Assembly: GCA_030324005.1 (NCBI GenBank)
Contig: JARDVH010000106.1
Location: forward strand, 70,387,282 to 70,451,281
Source of the DNA: Negaprion brevirostris
Taxonomy: Eukaryota
Reading direction: 5' to 3'
Length of the DNA stretch: 64,000 nt
This document shows, piece after piece, positions 38,156-50,545 of this stretch. The stretch's first letter is position 1. Each line of letters starts with the position of its first letter. The notes under the pieces are model-generated. The model had not been told where the DNA came from. It ran no database searches and worked only from the letters and a program-made list of their open reading frames with translations. A program made the translations under genes and the position numbers.

Positions 38156-38430
38156 TCAGGTGCCAAAACCGTAGGATGCGGCCCTGGAGTTTCAGAGCAT
38201 ACAACATGTCTATAGTGGTGACCATCTTGCATTTGGCATGCTCAGCATTGGTGACCACATCACTGGTCACATTCCTCAGGTCTCCTCGTAGATCAAGCCA
38301 GAGATCTGCTTGACACCGACATGGTGACCTACACATCAGATAGCTGGTTTGGTGATCACAAAAGCACTTTCCCGTGACATTTTGTTCTACCTTCTTCCAG
38401 CCCTTTGCCTCCTTTTCCTCTGTTAGCCAT
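38156..38430 (-). pseudogene. H4: Histone H4 pseudogene
   Basis: Reverse complement reads MANRGKGGKGLEEGRTKCHGKVL...ITKPAI...GVKQISGLIYEET...NVTSDVVTNAEHAKCKMVTTIDMLYALKLQGRIL.GFGT*, with frameshifts and two internal deletions relative to canonical H4. Confidence 0.93.
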
Positions 38431-39704
38431 GCCACTTTTGTCAAACAATTATGCCATGAGTGCCCCTCTTCTGCATACACTTAACCTTAATTTATACAAT
38501 TAACAAATATCTGACAAGTGCCCCCTTTTACAAGGAGGCCATCATTAAAACAACCGGCTCAAAACAAAATGCTTATAGGTTCAGCCTTTCAGCTTTATGG
38601 AGATACACCAATTAATTTCCCTTAGAAAACCTCAGTGTACATTTAAATGCAATATATTCTTTAATCAAATTATTTGCAGAAAGGCCTTACTTCAAGGTTT
38701 GTTCTTTATTGATGACAAATTGCAACCCTGTGATTGAAAAGAGTTAAATATTTTCCAGTTGTTTACCACAAAAATTCAGTAAACACTTCAGCAATCCCAA
38801 CTATTCTTTTCAAATATAAAGGCAAGTCTGCCAAATAATTAGGAAAGCAGGTCCACAAACATGGGTGCCTCATGTTAAAGAATAATCACTTACCAACTAC
38901 ACTAAGTTACAGTAGAACTTAGTTGAATTTTTATCAGCACTATATTGATCAAGAATCTATTTCATCACAAAATTACCATATTTTAAATGGCAACTTGCTC
39001 CAGTTCCAATGAAAAGTTACCTTAAAATATTAACCCTTTCTTCACAGATATGGCTTGACCCATTTCCAGCACTTTGCTTTTAATTTGAATTTCCCATCTT
39101 TATTTTATGTTTTAGATAGATTCACTAAATTAACTGATCTCCACATTCTGATGCCTTTCCAATGACAAAATCTAAAATTCAAACTTCAAACCTTGTAAAA
39201 GACTGAAGCTAGTTGAGAGACAAGGGTCCACGCTCTGCCAATACAAACTGGACATAAAATTGGTTCTGCAATAAATTCTTTACCCTGGCACAGTTTTCCA
39301 ATCACCCTGAAATGTAAGTCAGATTATTTGTTTTCCTTCTGCATTTACTGGTGGTGGGAGCATACGTGGTGTCACGTTCTGCAACTGTTCAGTAGATGTC
39401 ATCAAGAAATTTCTGACGTGCACATTCATGTAATTTTACTGCCTACCGTGAAGACATTGAATCACATCAGACAACCCAAACAGTGGGCTGATAAAGTAGC
39501 CTTTATCGTTGTTCATCTTGTTGCTGCAACTAATAATACTATAATGATGACAGTAATCCCTGCTTTTTCGTATTTATCAATACCATGTTATTTTTACACT
39601 TACAATCAAATACATCTTTGCCTTGGGAATCACATCTGAATAGCAGTTTCCAAAAACAAAGGCAAAATACGACTCAAACAAAATTCTCCAAAATCTTAAC
39701 TCTA

Positions 39705-40476
39705 TCATAGAACATAGAAAAACTACAGCACAAACAGGCCCTTTGGCCCACAAGTCGCGCCGATGATATCCATACCTACTAGGCTTACCGACAACCCTCA
39801 ATCCTATTAAGTCCCACATACTCATCCAGAAGTTTCTTAAAAGACTGTACCGAATTTGCCTCCACCACCACCGACGGCAGCCGATTCCACTCACCCACCA
39901 CCCTCTGAGTGAAAAACTTACCCCTATATCTCCTCTGTACCTACTGCCCAGCACCTTAAACCTGTGTCCTCTCATAGCAAGCATTCCAGCCCTAGGAAAA
40001 AGCCTCAGAATNNNNNNNNNNNNNNNNNNNNNNNNNNNNNNNNNNNNNNNNNNNNNNNNNNNNNNNNNNNNNNNNNNNNNNNNNNNNNNNNNNNNNNNNN
40101 NNNNNNNNNNNNNNNNNNNNNNNNNNNNNNNNNNNNNNNNNNNNNNNNNNNNNNNNNNNNNNNNNNNNNNNNNNNNNNNNNNNNNNNNNNNNNNNNNNNN
40201 NNNNNNNNNNNNNNNNNNNNNNNNNNNNNNNNNNNNNNNNNNNNNNNNNNNNNNNNNNAGCATTATCTCCTGACTCCTAAACTCAATCCCTCGATTGATG
40301 AAGGCCAGTATACCTTACACCTTCTTAACCACATCTTCTACCTGTGAGGCCGAGTTAAGAGTCTTATGGACCCGGACCCTAAGGTCCTTCTGATCCTCTA
40401 CACTACTAAGAGTCTTACCTTTGATATTATACTCCTTCATCCCACTTGACCTGCCAAAATGGACCACTACACATTT
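39705..40476 (-). mobile_element. Young CR1 LINE (gap inside)
   Basis: CATAGAACATAGAA tail; minus-strand LFPRAGMLAMRGHRFKVLG and NKCVVVHFGRS...DQKDLRVRVH. Confidence 0.88.
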
Positions 40477-41482
40477 ATTATTATTTATTACTATCATTAT
40501 GGTCAGAAACTTTAGAACATACATTCTTAGCAACGGATGGAATATTGTTGAACTCAGCATTGACAAGTTGCAGATAAAAGATATTGAACTCAATAATGTT
40601 AAAATCAAGAAAGAAAGTGAACTAGTGGCTCATACCTTGCTGAGAAGTTCGCTGCTACTGGGGACGGCAATGACACCACAACCACTGGGGAGCCCATTCA
40701 CTCAAATCCAATGTGTCTTAATGGGCTCCAGAGGGGATCTATGAGCGTGGAAACTAATGCTGAATGCCCCGCATTTATCCCAGTATTAACATTGATTTAG
40801 GTCTGCCTCCCTCAGTTCAATTCAGTCCCTCAGTTCACCAATGTTGGAGAAGAGCTAGGAAGAGCTAAGTAAACCTGCTTATTTGCTGACAACAAGGTTC
40901 AGACCATCAAGGTTGGCCTACTCTTATGTCATGATCATTCCTCGATAATCATTGTAAAAGACGCTTCCTCATTGTCCAGTCCTCAGTGAGATTGTGACCA
41001 TAAGAATACCCAGAGTGATGAGGAATACAAGAACAGTCAAAGCTGTTTAACCATAATTACATATTCATATTTTGCACTAAATACCATCACTGAAGTTCCA
41101 CACAACATTCTTCCAAATGTTTCCCAAACAATTAGAGTGCCTGGAACCTTACTAATAGTATGAAGAATGGGCTGCATTCATGTCAGCAAAGACAGTAATT
41201 GACGAGTGTAGGTCTATACGGATCAGTGTTATGACCACTGCGTTGCTGCATCTCTTATTGATCATTTAGATCTTCACCAAATATATTAGACAGGACAGCA
41301 CCAGAAAGGGCCAGTTCGGGGATTGAACACATGACTTTGGTGTTATTAACACCATGCTTTAAATACCTGAGCTAATTGGCAAGGCATTGAAGGAACAATT
41401 CTTAACTTTACTAATGCTTTTGGGACAAGGTAATTCCAAACATTTTTATCTAATGCAAGATCACTTGCGTAAGTCAGCTGAA

Positions 41483-41528
41483 GAGGCTGGGATATAGCAG
41501 CTGTCGAGGCTGGGATATAGCAGCTGTC
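41483..41528 (+). repeat. Perfect 23-bp tandem duplication
   Basis: GAGGCTGGGATATAGCAGCTGTC twice. Confidence 0.95.
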
Positions 41529-41574
41529 AAACAGGAAGAGAATATTGCATTAGGATGCAGTCTGGATTTGCAAT

Positions 41575-42015
41575 ATTAAACTAGGAATATTATATAGCTC
41601 CATCTAAGCCATGTTTGGTTTGGATCCCCAAATGAAACAGTAGATATCAAAGGCTTGGAGAAGGCACCGAAGAGAGCTACCAGAACAGCACCTAGTTTTG
41701 GGATTCTTATTTGTCGTCAAGGTAGGATCCAGGCATTACTTATTGAGGAAGCCTAGACTTTGTGATATGATAGAAGCTTGAAAATGATAAAGGTAGTTAA
41801 TGTATCCTGTTTCAATGGTTATGATATGTTAACCAGAGAAAAGCAGGAATAAAGGTATCAGTATTAAACATAAAAACAAAGTTGTTAAATGCAAGTATTG
41901 CTTCAGAGTGTCCTTGACTTCTGGAACATTTTACCAAATTGGGCAATAAGTAGGAGTTGACTGCACTTCTTTAGTAGGGAGCTGGATGAGTTCCCATGAA
42001 TCAAGGGCATAGAAG
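41575..42015 (+). mobile_element. Old CR1 fragment
   Basis: GATATCAAAGGCTTGGAGAAGGCACCGAAGAGAGCTACCAGA resembles DI..LEKVQ.RATR. Confidence 0.6.
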
Positions 42016-42779
42016 GGGGGGTGTGGACTTACTGCTGTTATTGTTGATGAGTTACTGCAATCCCTTGGAACCAATTTGATTGAGGGAAAGAAATACCTCA
42101 AATCTCAGGCAATCACTTAACCGGCCTTCCATTATCATTCATGTGCAAGTTGGGCACCAGAGAAGAAAGCGTATGCAGGTTACACCATGTACACATAGAC
42201 AGGGCTGAGTTTTTGGCTTCTTTCAGCTTTGTTTATTCGGAAATTCAAAAGCAATGTCAATCATTGTATGAATAATGTTATCAGAGCATGCATTAGCGTG
42301 GGGTTAAATCCAGGCAAAAGATCAATTTTGGTTGACAGGTGTCCTCGTTGTTTTCTCCAGGTATACTTAATAGTTTCATTTAAAGTTATGTTCTTTTCAC
42401 TTAGCATCTCAAAACAAAGTATGCCCAGGTTGTCACTTGGTCATAAAAAAATCCCATTATACATATTGACATCAGGACACAAGCCGTCATCCACGCAATC
42501 ATAACATTTTGTACCTGTCTACTGTTCAAACAGCAAGAACCATCTGATTGAGACCAGGAGTGAATATGATGCTTGCAAAGAATGGAAGCATTTTAAGTGC
42601 CACGGGTAACTGGTTTGTTAATGAGCAGACAGCCATGAAACATTTAGATAAGGTCTTACAAAAATGCAAATGAGATATGGGCCAATAATAGTCAAAACTA
42701 AATTGACCACATAAGCTTATAGTTTACCCACGTGGTGGATCATTGCTCCTTTGGTGTAAAATTAGAAATCTGTGTAAAC

Positions 42780-43250
42780 TGTAATATTTAAAGTACAGGA
42801 TATTCCAAAGCTCATTACTTCAGTTCCTGCCCAGTCACAAGGGGGAGACCATCAAAGTGCTTTGATAGATCATCTGAACAGTTCAAAAGTCGGTGAACAA
42901 TCCCTTGAACTAGTTTCAGAAAGTTTCACAAACAGGAACAGTTAAATACTTAAAAGTCTTAAGTAAAGACGATTGTTGGGGCAAAGTTACCCCTTTGGAG
43001 CCATGGCCTTCTGCTGGGTATGGCCTTAGAACTGAAAGTGTGTTTGAACTACTGGGAAATCTAGAGAGGGAACCTTGGATGGAGATATTGAAACCTGTGA
43101 GGTGGGCCGTTGTTAAAGCGATTTGAGTGGAGCAGCCGGAATGCTACAAGATACATATTGTAAGTTGTTTCATCTTTGAGGATGTACAGTAAAGTCTGTT
43201 TCTGTTTGTTCAAAACCCACATCCTGGGGTCTGGCCGGGGCTCATAATAA
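42780..43250 (+). mobile_element. Possible degenerate solo LTR
   Basis: Starts TGTAAT, ends GGCTCATAATA, AGTAAA near the 3' end; boundaries and TSD uncertain. Confidence 0.3.
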
Positions 43251-43394
43251 GCTGCTTACTGCCAGTATTTATTCAATGATCCTGGAAAACAGGTCAGCCT
43301 TTAACCAAAATGCCCCAATCGTTGCACAGCTAACCAATGCTATCTTCTGTGTTTAAAAGGTGTAACGGCAGGGCACTTAGTAAAATGCAAAGCA

Positions 43395-43885
43395 ATCAGG
43401 CAGTCAACATGGTTTTCTAAAAGGGGGGTTTAATGTTTAGCCAGTTTATTGGAGGTCTTTAAAGTCATATGTGCTGTCGATAAAAGGGAACCAGCGGATG
43501 GACTGTACGTTGATTCCCATCTGATAAACATTTGATAAGGTGATACAGCAAAGATAAGTTAAGAGTAGGAAGAGACTTGATTGAAACTGTAAAGATCCCG
43601 AGGTGTCTCTAGGTCGATGTAGAGAGAACATTTTCTTTAGTGGGCGAACTGAGTGCTGGGGTTCATTATTTAAAAACAAGGGAACACGCATTTAAAACAG
43701 AAATTAGGAGAATATTTTTCTAAAATGGCAACCAGCCTTTGGAATTCCCTTCCCAAACATTGGTGGAAGCAGGGTCTTTGAACATTTTGAAGGTAGAAAG
43801 GTAGCAGAGATTACACAATCAGGTGGGCCATGATCCTATTGAACACTTGATGAGGCTCAAGGGGCTGAGTGGCCTACTCCTAATT
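43395..43885 (+). mobile_element. Internally deleted CR1 fragment
   Basis: Q..HGF..G-like text and ACATTTGATAAGGTG (FDKV) joined to the 3' UTR GGGGCTGAGTGGCCTACTCCT. Confidence 0.6.
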
Positions 43886-44454
43886 TACACGTCTGCGAGG
43901 ACTACTCATTTGCAAGAGGTGCCAGTGCACTGCTGGCACCTCTGGAATTGTACCCTACCACAAGATGGTCATCGCAGGAGACAATGTTTGTGGATAGGGG
44001 GATGGGTAGCACCTCTTGGTTTCAAACCAAAGTTCAGATTGACTAAAATAACACAGCTTTCACATTAACTTAGGAATCTGAGCACTTTGGGTAAAATATT
44101 AATTTTTCACTGTGTATTATATGTTTTATTCATGGAAGGTTTTCTGCATGCAATTAAAATGTTACTATATAGATTAACACTCTTTTTCAATAACTGGATC
44201 AAAGGGAAAACTGCTGGCTCTTGATGAAAATTCTGACCTTGAGCCTGAGGAATAGCTCTTTGCTCCAATTTCCTCCTTTCCTACACCATTCCCCCATGGC
44301 CAACATTCATAGCGAAAATCAGGTACAGAATGCCGAATTTCCCATCCACTTATTGCAAAGCACTACAGGAATAGTACAGAGGAAAAGATGCTGCCAGGGA
44401 AGGTGGGGACAATGCAAAGAAACCCTCATTTCGTTTGAGGATTTCAATTCATAA

Positions 44455-44632
44455 AAATCATAGAATCACAGTGCAGAAAAAGGCCATTTAGCCCACCATG
44501 TCTGCACCAACAACAATCCCACCCAGACCCAATCCCCATAACCCATACATTTACCCACTAATCCCGTGAACCTACATATACCAGGACACAAAGGGGCAAT
44601 TTAGCTTAGCCAACCAACCTAACCTGCACATT
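44455..44632 (-). mobile_element. 3' half of HE1-like SINE
   Basis: Reverse-complement similarity to 51585-51750. Confidence 0.7.
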
Positions 44633-45877
44633 TCTTTTGTTTTTAAGTGATCAATTTCAAATCATGCAAAGCGTGTGAATCACTCCCTTTTGATACAGGT
44701 GATGTCTAACCAGAGTGAAAGGTTTAATGAACCGAAAGGCCCTTTTTTCCCTCAATCTAAACTTGAGATGTGGCTCCAAGAAGGGTCTAAAAATCCACAA
44801 GATAAAGAGTATTGCCAAAATCTTATCACCACCTTTGACAACTCGGTAACCTCTAATGTGTTTTTTTCTCAACCTACATCGACAGACAAAACTAAAGGTG
44901 AAGTGCCATTTTTAGGTTAAAAATGTTCAAATGATCAGGTTTTTCTTCTTTATGATTGCTTTGAAATTATGAATTAATTGAACTGGTACCCTAGTGCTGT
45001 GAGGCAGCAGTGCCAACTACTGTGCCACCACACATAATTGATAGTATAGAACCTAGATTTTGCTGAAAAAGACACAGATCAAAATTTTTGTTTTGCACTC
45101 ATCAGGACATTTCAAGTATGCCAACATAAGGGTAAAACAATTTGTACTGAGAGAAGAATACTGGTTTATTACACTGAACAAAATAAGTGATAGCCATTCG
45201 CTGACTTATTCCTCAGTGTAATGCCTTGACCCATCAGGACCAAGCTGCCTGGTTTTAATTTCAATGAATGCCTTGCAGTTAATTGTCGGCCACCATCAAT
45301 TGGTGCATTGTCCATACAAATGGATCTATTGATCAGAGTCTACTTGCCAACCAATCCATTCCCTCTTATACGATAGTCTTTGCACTCTTTATATTGGTAT
45401 TCTTACGAAGTATTCCAATACTTGCAAGTCTAAAAGCTTCTATCTCTTTCAGCAATACTCAGTGCCACCAGAAGGGATACATTATGGCAAGCGAAATAAG
45501 GGTGCCGTACACTCTTTGGAAATTAAGAATCTGAGGTGGGGTAGAGCAGCAAAGGGATTTAGAGGTACACATTTAAAAATCATTAAAGGATAACAAGGCT
45601 ATAAATGTGCAAATAAAGCACAGGGTTTCATTCCTACAAGAATGAAATTGAAAAGCAAGGATATTATTTTAAACTTGTATATAACCTTGATTAAACCATA
45701 TTGATTATGATACAGCTCTGGTCTCCAGAGCTCAAAAAGGAAATAGGAGGATTGGAAAAGATTTGCAAGTGCAACTTTAGAACGGAGAGATTAAAACCAT
45801 CAAGAACTGACAAACCAGTACACCATACTTTAGAGTACTCGAGCATGGTTGTATTTAGCATGTCTAGCTTACATCCA

Positions 45878-46351
45878 TGATGTGGGTATGCCTGCGTTGG
45901 ACTGGGGTAAACACAGTAAAAAGTCTGACACCACCAGGTTTTGACAAGTCTGACAACACCACGCTGAACAGAGACTGATAGCCAAGTTCTGCACACATGA
46001 GGACGGTCTCAACAGGGATCTTGGGTTCATGTCGCACTATCTGTANNNNNNNNNNNNNNNNNNNNNNNNNNNNNNNNNNNNNNNNNNNNNNNNNNNNNNN
46101 NNNNNNNNNNNNNNNNNNNNNNNNNNNNNNNNNNNNNNNNNNNNNATTGTCAGCCACTTCAGGTCTTGAACAGCAGGTTAGGTGTAAGGATTCGCATTCT
46201 AATCAGTAATCTCTAAACTGTCAGTGCTTTATACGCTCTGTCTGAGGCCAGAACTCTCCATTCACCTGACGAAGGGGCTAACCCCGAACGCTTGAGAGTT
46301 TATTATCAAATAAATCGGTTGGACTAAAACCTGGTGTTGTCAGACTTTTTA
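45878..46351 (+). mobile_element. 5'-truncated Penelope 3' end with inverted head
   Basis: 14-bp TSD CTAGCTTACATCCA at 45864-45877 and 46352-46365; 45963-46045 encodes AEQRLIAKFCTHEDGLNRDLGFMSHYL (GIY-YIG C-terminus with GLN motif); 46146-46351 is nearly identical to 27196-27398. Confidence 0.88.
46263..46300 (+). ncRNA. Minimal hammerhead ribozyme motif
   Basis: CAC-CTGACGA-A-GGGG CTAA CCCC-GAAC (for GAAA)-GC-TT. Confidence 0.55.
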
Positions 46352-47319
46352 CTAGCTTACATCCACACAGCTCTACTTTCAGTCATTATGTCTTATATGC
46401 CTCTGAGTAAACTTTCCATCAGCAGTATTTTAACACCACGTTTCAAAATCATTGAGCAGTAACAATTGTGTTGTCTACTATTGCAGTTGTACATCACATA
46501 TTTTTCAAAGGCTGACATTGTATTTTCAGCGACTGACTACTACTGCTGCTCGGAGAGAAACATTGCCTCCGTAGGGTTTACCTCAATGACAAGTCATCAC
46601 AATCTAAACACAGTGCCTACCGAAATATCTGCAGTTGCATACAATGCAAGCTTGGATGTAAAACACTTGACTGACATGCGTCTGCTTTCTGATTCACCAT
46701 TTACAGACCTCAACAATAAGATTCTACAATGTTTCTGGAATCTCTTTATCAATAGGCCCCAGTCTATTGATTCATCACCAATGCTCTGTGCTCAACAAGT
46801 CAACACTGCTCACAGAAAACGTCCTCACACAGGATCACTACATCTGGTGCAACCAAATAAAAAATGGTGCAGCCTCCTATGAAAACAAGTGCAAATGAGA
46901 GGCAGCAAAAACACAAGGAGAGAAAACCCTGAGCTACCAGCTTGCCCAAATTTCAATAATCTACAACATCCTGCCCTATTTTGCAACAGAACCTCCTATG
47001 AGCAGATCGGCCTTAGCAGTCACCTACATAGCCAGCAGAAAACAACCAAACATTCCATACGATCAGCAAGATAAATTTCACATCGAAGGGCAAACAAAAC
47101 AGGCCAGGTTTATACTGTTATTTCCTCTCTGTTCGAAAACCGATCGGCTAAGAGTTGACTTTTTTTGTAGCATTGGACAACTTTAAGACATGGGTAAAAT
47201 TCAGTTCGACAAATTCCTGCTAGGGCAGTGGTTTCATTTCATGTCCACATAAATGTGGCTTTTGAATAAATCGCACATTGTATACAACGAATACAAAGTA
47301 CAACGTTAAATTCAACATC

Positions 47320-47905
47320 TTCAGGCCATGAATTCTGTCCTCTATTTTCTGTATCTTGGTCTCATGTTTTGCTTTCAGACAGCACTGACCTTTGTGCTTT
47401 TACGTTTCTGCTATTTTATCAGACAGCACTGATCTTTGTTCCACTAGTAACACCTACTCTGGATTAATGTTTTGTTCATTTAAAACTACCATTCCCATTC
47501 GTTTCTCTGACGGAGAATCATCCAGATTCAAAATATTGCCTCTGTTCTCTCTGCACAGATGATGTCAGTCCTGAGATTTTCCAGCCTTTCCTGCTTTTGT
47601 TTCAGATTCCAGCATCTGGAGTAATTTGCTTTTATCCCACACTTAGCCTTTTGTTCCTATGACACCTTTATAACTCAATCTCCTCTGCTGTCCAACCTAC
47701 CCCTGATCTTTTTATGCTCAATTTGATCCTCCACCTTTCAACAACATAAACTCATCGCATTTCTCACCCCTGTTCAGCTCTAAATTCATGTTGGACTTGA
47801 AATATGAACTCTATTTGCCTCTCCAGATGTTGCCAGACTTGAGGTTTTCTAGCATTTCTTGTTTTTATTTCAGATCGCTAGCATCTGCAGTGTTTTATGT
47901 TTATC
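47320..47905 (+). mobile_element. Old Penelope-like 3' repeats (second family), nested copies
   Basis: Repeated ACAGATGATG/CAGATGTTGCCAGAC...TTTCCAGC...TTTCAGAT...AGCATCTG; hammerhead remnant at 47507-47540. Confidence 0.55.
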
Positions 47906-48524
47906 GCACAAACCTCAATAATGGTCCTATTCAGCTGTAGATTAGAAAGATGTTTTGTTTTAATCTCCTAATTATCTTTCATGGAACACTCTTTTGCAAC
48001 ACTGCTTTCCTGACCACAACATCCAGAATCAAGGATGAATTCTTCTGTCCCACAGAAATGGGTGGTTGTTTTATCAGCTGAGTATCTAAATAGTTTATCC
48101 TGCAAACTCTGACCACTTTTGAGAGCGAGGTGAGTGTGATGTCCTGAAATATTATAATTCAGTGTAGAGACACAAGACTTCCTAGGTAATTCAGAATAAC
48201 ATCCTTAAGAATGTTAACACTTACATTGGCTGTAGCAAGGCTTCTTCCAAAGACCTCTGAAATCTAGCTTCTGAACCACATTGATCTATGCTGTCAACTT
48301 GCACAAGCAAACTCATGTCAGCATCAATTGCGCCAATCTTGGACGCACTATGACCACAGAGAAGCATTTGAACAAACCCCAAGTGCCAATGAGAAGTAAA
48401 ACCTCTTTCTCTATTGATGGTTTTGAATCAAGAAGCTTGATGCCACTTCTATTTAGCAATTAAATAAGGATGCAACTTCAAGTGTGCGGTTGCTAACCAA
48501 CCACCTGGCTATATTAACAAAATA

Positions 48525-49200
48525 TTTCATTTGTGGAATCTGAGCATCCCTGGCAAGGCCACCATTTATGGTTCATCCCTAACTGCCCTCGAAAGGTGTT
48601 ATCACATTTCTGAATCGCTGCAGTCCGCTGGTACGGGAGGGAATTTCAGGATTTTGCCCCAGCAACAATGAAGGACATATAAAATAATTCCAAGTCAGGA
48701 TGGTGAGACACTTGGAGGGGAACTTACTAGTGATATGTTCCCATGTGTCTGCTGCCTTGTTCTTCTAGGTGGTAGGAGATGGCAAGTTTAAAAGGTGCTA
48801 TTGACGGAGTTGGTGAGTTGTAGTGCATCTTTCCAGATAACACAGAGCAGCCACTGTGCACCAGTGGTGGAGGAGAATGTTTACAGTGGTGAGTGGGATC
48901 TCGATCAGCAGGCTGTTCTTTCCTGGATAGTGTAGAGCTCAAGTGTTGTCGTAGCTGCATTCATCCAGATAACCGGGGAGTATTTCATCATTCTTGTGCC
49001 TTTTAGATGGTGGACAGGCTTTGGGGAGACAGGATATGCATTACTCACCATAGAATTCATCGCCTCAGACCTGTTCTTGTAGCCACAATATTTATAGGAT
49101 TGGTCCAGTAAAACTTCTAGTTAATCATGACCCTCAGGATGTTGATAGGAAATTCAGTGATGGTAATACAGTTGAACATCCAAGGGGTATGGTAAGAGGC
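48525..49200 (-). mobile_element. Degenerate L2-like LINE 3' region
   Basis: GGCCACCATTTATGGTTCATCCCTAACTGCCC terminus; matches 26775-27185. Confidence 0.7.
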
Positions 49201-49539
49201 AACATAGCAATGTTTAACTTTTCTTGTTGACAAATTATGCTGAAGTCTAAGTCGGATAAAAGCACAGCCCTTTTGCAACCTATGATGTTTTTCTGGAGTA
49301 AAAGATGATGCTTTTCTCTCAAAGCTGCCATCATGGTCAGGTCCTATAATCAATTCAGTCGAATTACCCAATAAATCTTAGACACGTGAAGGAGCTAACC
49401 ACCTCTGGAAATCCTCAAGATCCATGCTTCATTAATGCTTTCACATTTGTATTCAAATATACAAGCAAGCATATGGAGGCTACGACTGGCTACACAGGTT
49501 AGACACATTTATAAATTTAAGTTCATATTTGAGTAGATG

Positions 49540-49935
49540 TCAGCCTTGGCTCAATGATTGTGTGCTTGCCTAAGTCAGAAGGTTGTAGGTTTAAGACCAT
49601 AGCAAGAGCCCTGAACACAAAACCTAGGCTGGCAATTCAGTGTAACAGTGTCAAAGATACCGTCTTTTGGATGCAAAACTAGACCAAGGTTCCACCTGCA
49701 TTCTCAGGTGAACATAATAGGGGGTTACTTTGAATGGCAGCAGTGAAGCTATCCCTGATCTCTAGACCGAAACGTATTCTCCAAGCAACATTAGTAAAAT
49801 GAATTCCGTTGATCATCACATCGTTATTTGTGCAAGTATGCTGTGTAAAAATTAGCTTTGCATTATAAAACTGACAATTGGCTGCAAAGTGCTTTGGGCT
49901 ATCCTGAAGCCATGAAAAATGTTCTTTGTTTCTTT
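49540..49935 (+). mobile_element. DeuSINE-like SINE (degenerate)
   Basis: CAGCCTTGGCTCA...GTCAGAAGGTTGTAGGTTTAAG head; TTGGCTGCAAAGTGCTTTGGG tail. Confidence 0.6.
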
Positions 49936-50462
49936 TAGTTACCACCTTCTTCCTCCTCCTGAAGCAATTTCTCTCTTCAATATTATATTGGTTGCTTTAA
50001 TGTGCACTTCTGTGGAATTTCCAAGGGATCTCGCATATTCTACTATCTGAACAGAAGGTATCAACTGACTTCAATCAGAACTTGCATTTATATCACACCT
50101 TTAATGTAGTAAACAATTCAAAAGCACTTGACAGGAAAATTCTCTCAAAATTTGGTAGGTTATTAGAGCAGATGACCAAAAGCTTGGTCAAAAAGATGAG
50201 TTTTAAAGAGCATCTTGAAGGCAGAGGGGGCGGGAAATTTGGAGATTTAAGAGAAGGAACTTGAATGGTTGGGGGCAGGAGGAGAGGGAGGGGTGAGGCA
50301 TTGAGTCAGCTAGAATACAAAAGGACTATTATTGCAAATCATCTGCCTCCTGACTGAAGGAGTTCATCTGTGCCTCAGATAGCTATAGGAATAAGTTGTA
50401 ATTTCTGGAAAGGAATGCAAACTTACCGTCATCCTCCTTGACAATCTGGTAGGAAATAGCCC

Positions 50463-50545
50463 AGTAAGAAGTCTCACAACACCAGGTTTGTGTTGTGAGA
50501 CTTCGTACTGTGTTTACCCCAGTTCAACGCCGGCATCTCTACATC
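50463..50545. mobile_element. Minimal (83-bp) hairpin Penelope-derived insertion
   Basis: AGTAAGAAGTCTCACAACAC-loop-GTGTTGTGAGACTTCGTACT plus tail; near-TSD AGGAAATAGCCC (50451-50462)/AGGAAATAACCC (50546-50557). Confidence 0.85.

Noticed and set aside
38040-38480. 146-aa minus ORF as a functional histone variant
   Set aside because: Only the C-terminal part is in the H4 frame; the N-terminus is frameshifted and has deletions
50422-50460. Minus-strand microexon TTTCCTACCAG|ATTGTCAAGGAGGATGACG|GTAAGT
   Set aside because: 19 nt (not a multiple of 3), weak polypyrimidine tract overlapping the TSD of an insertion, no recognisable protein
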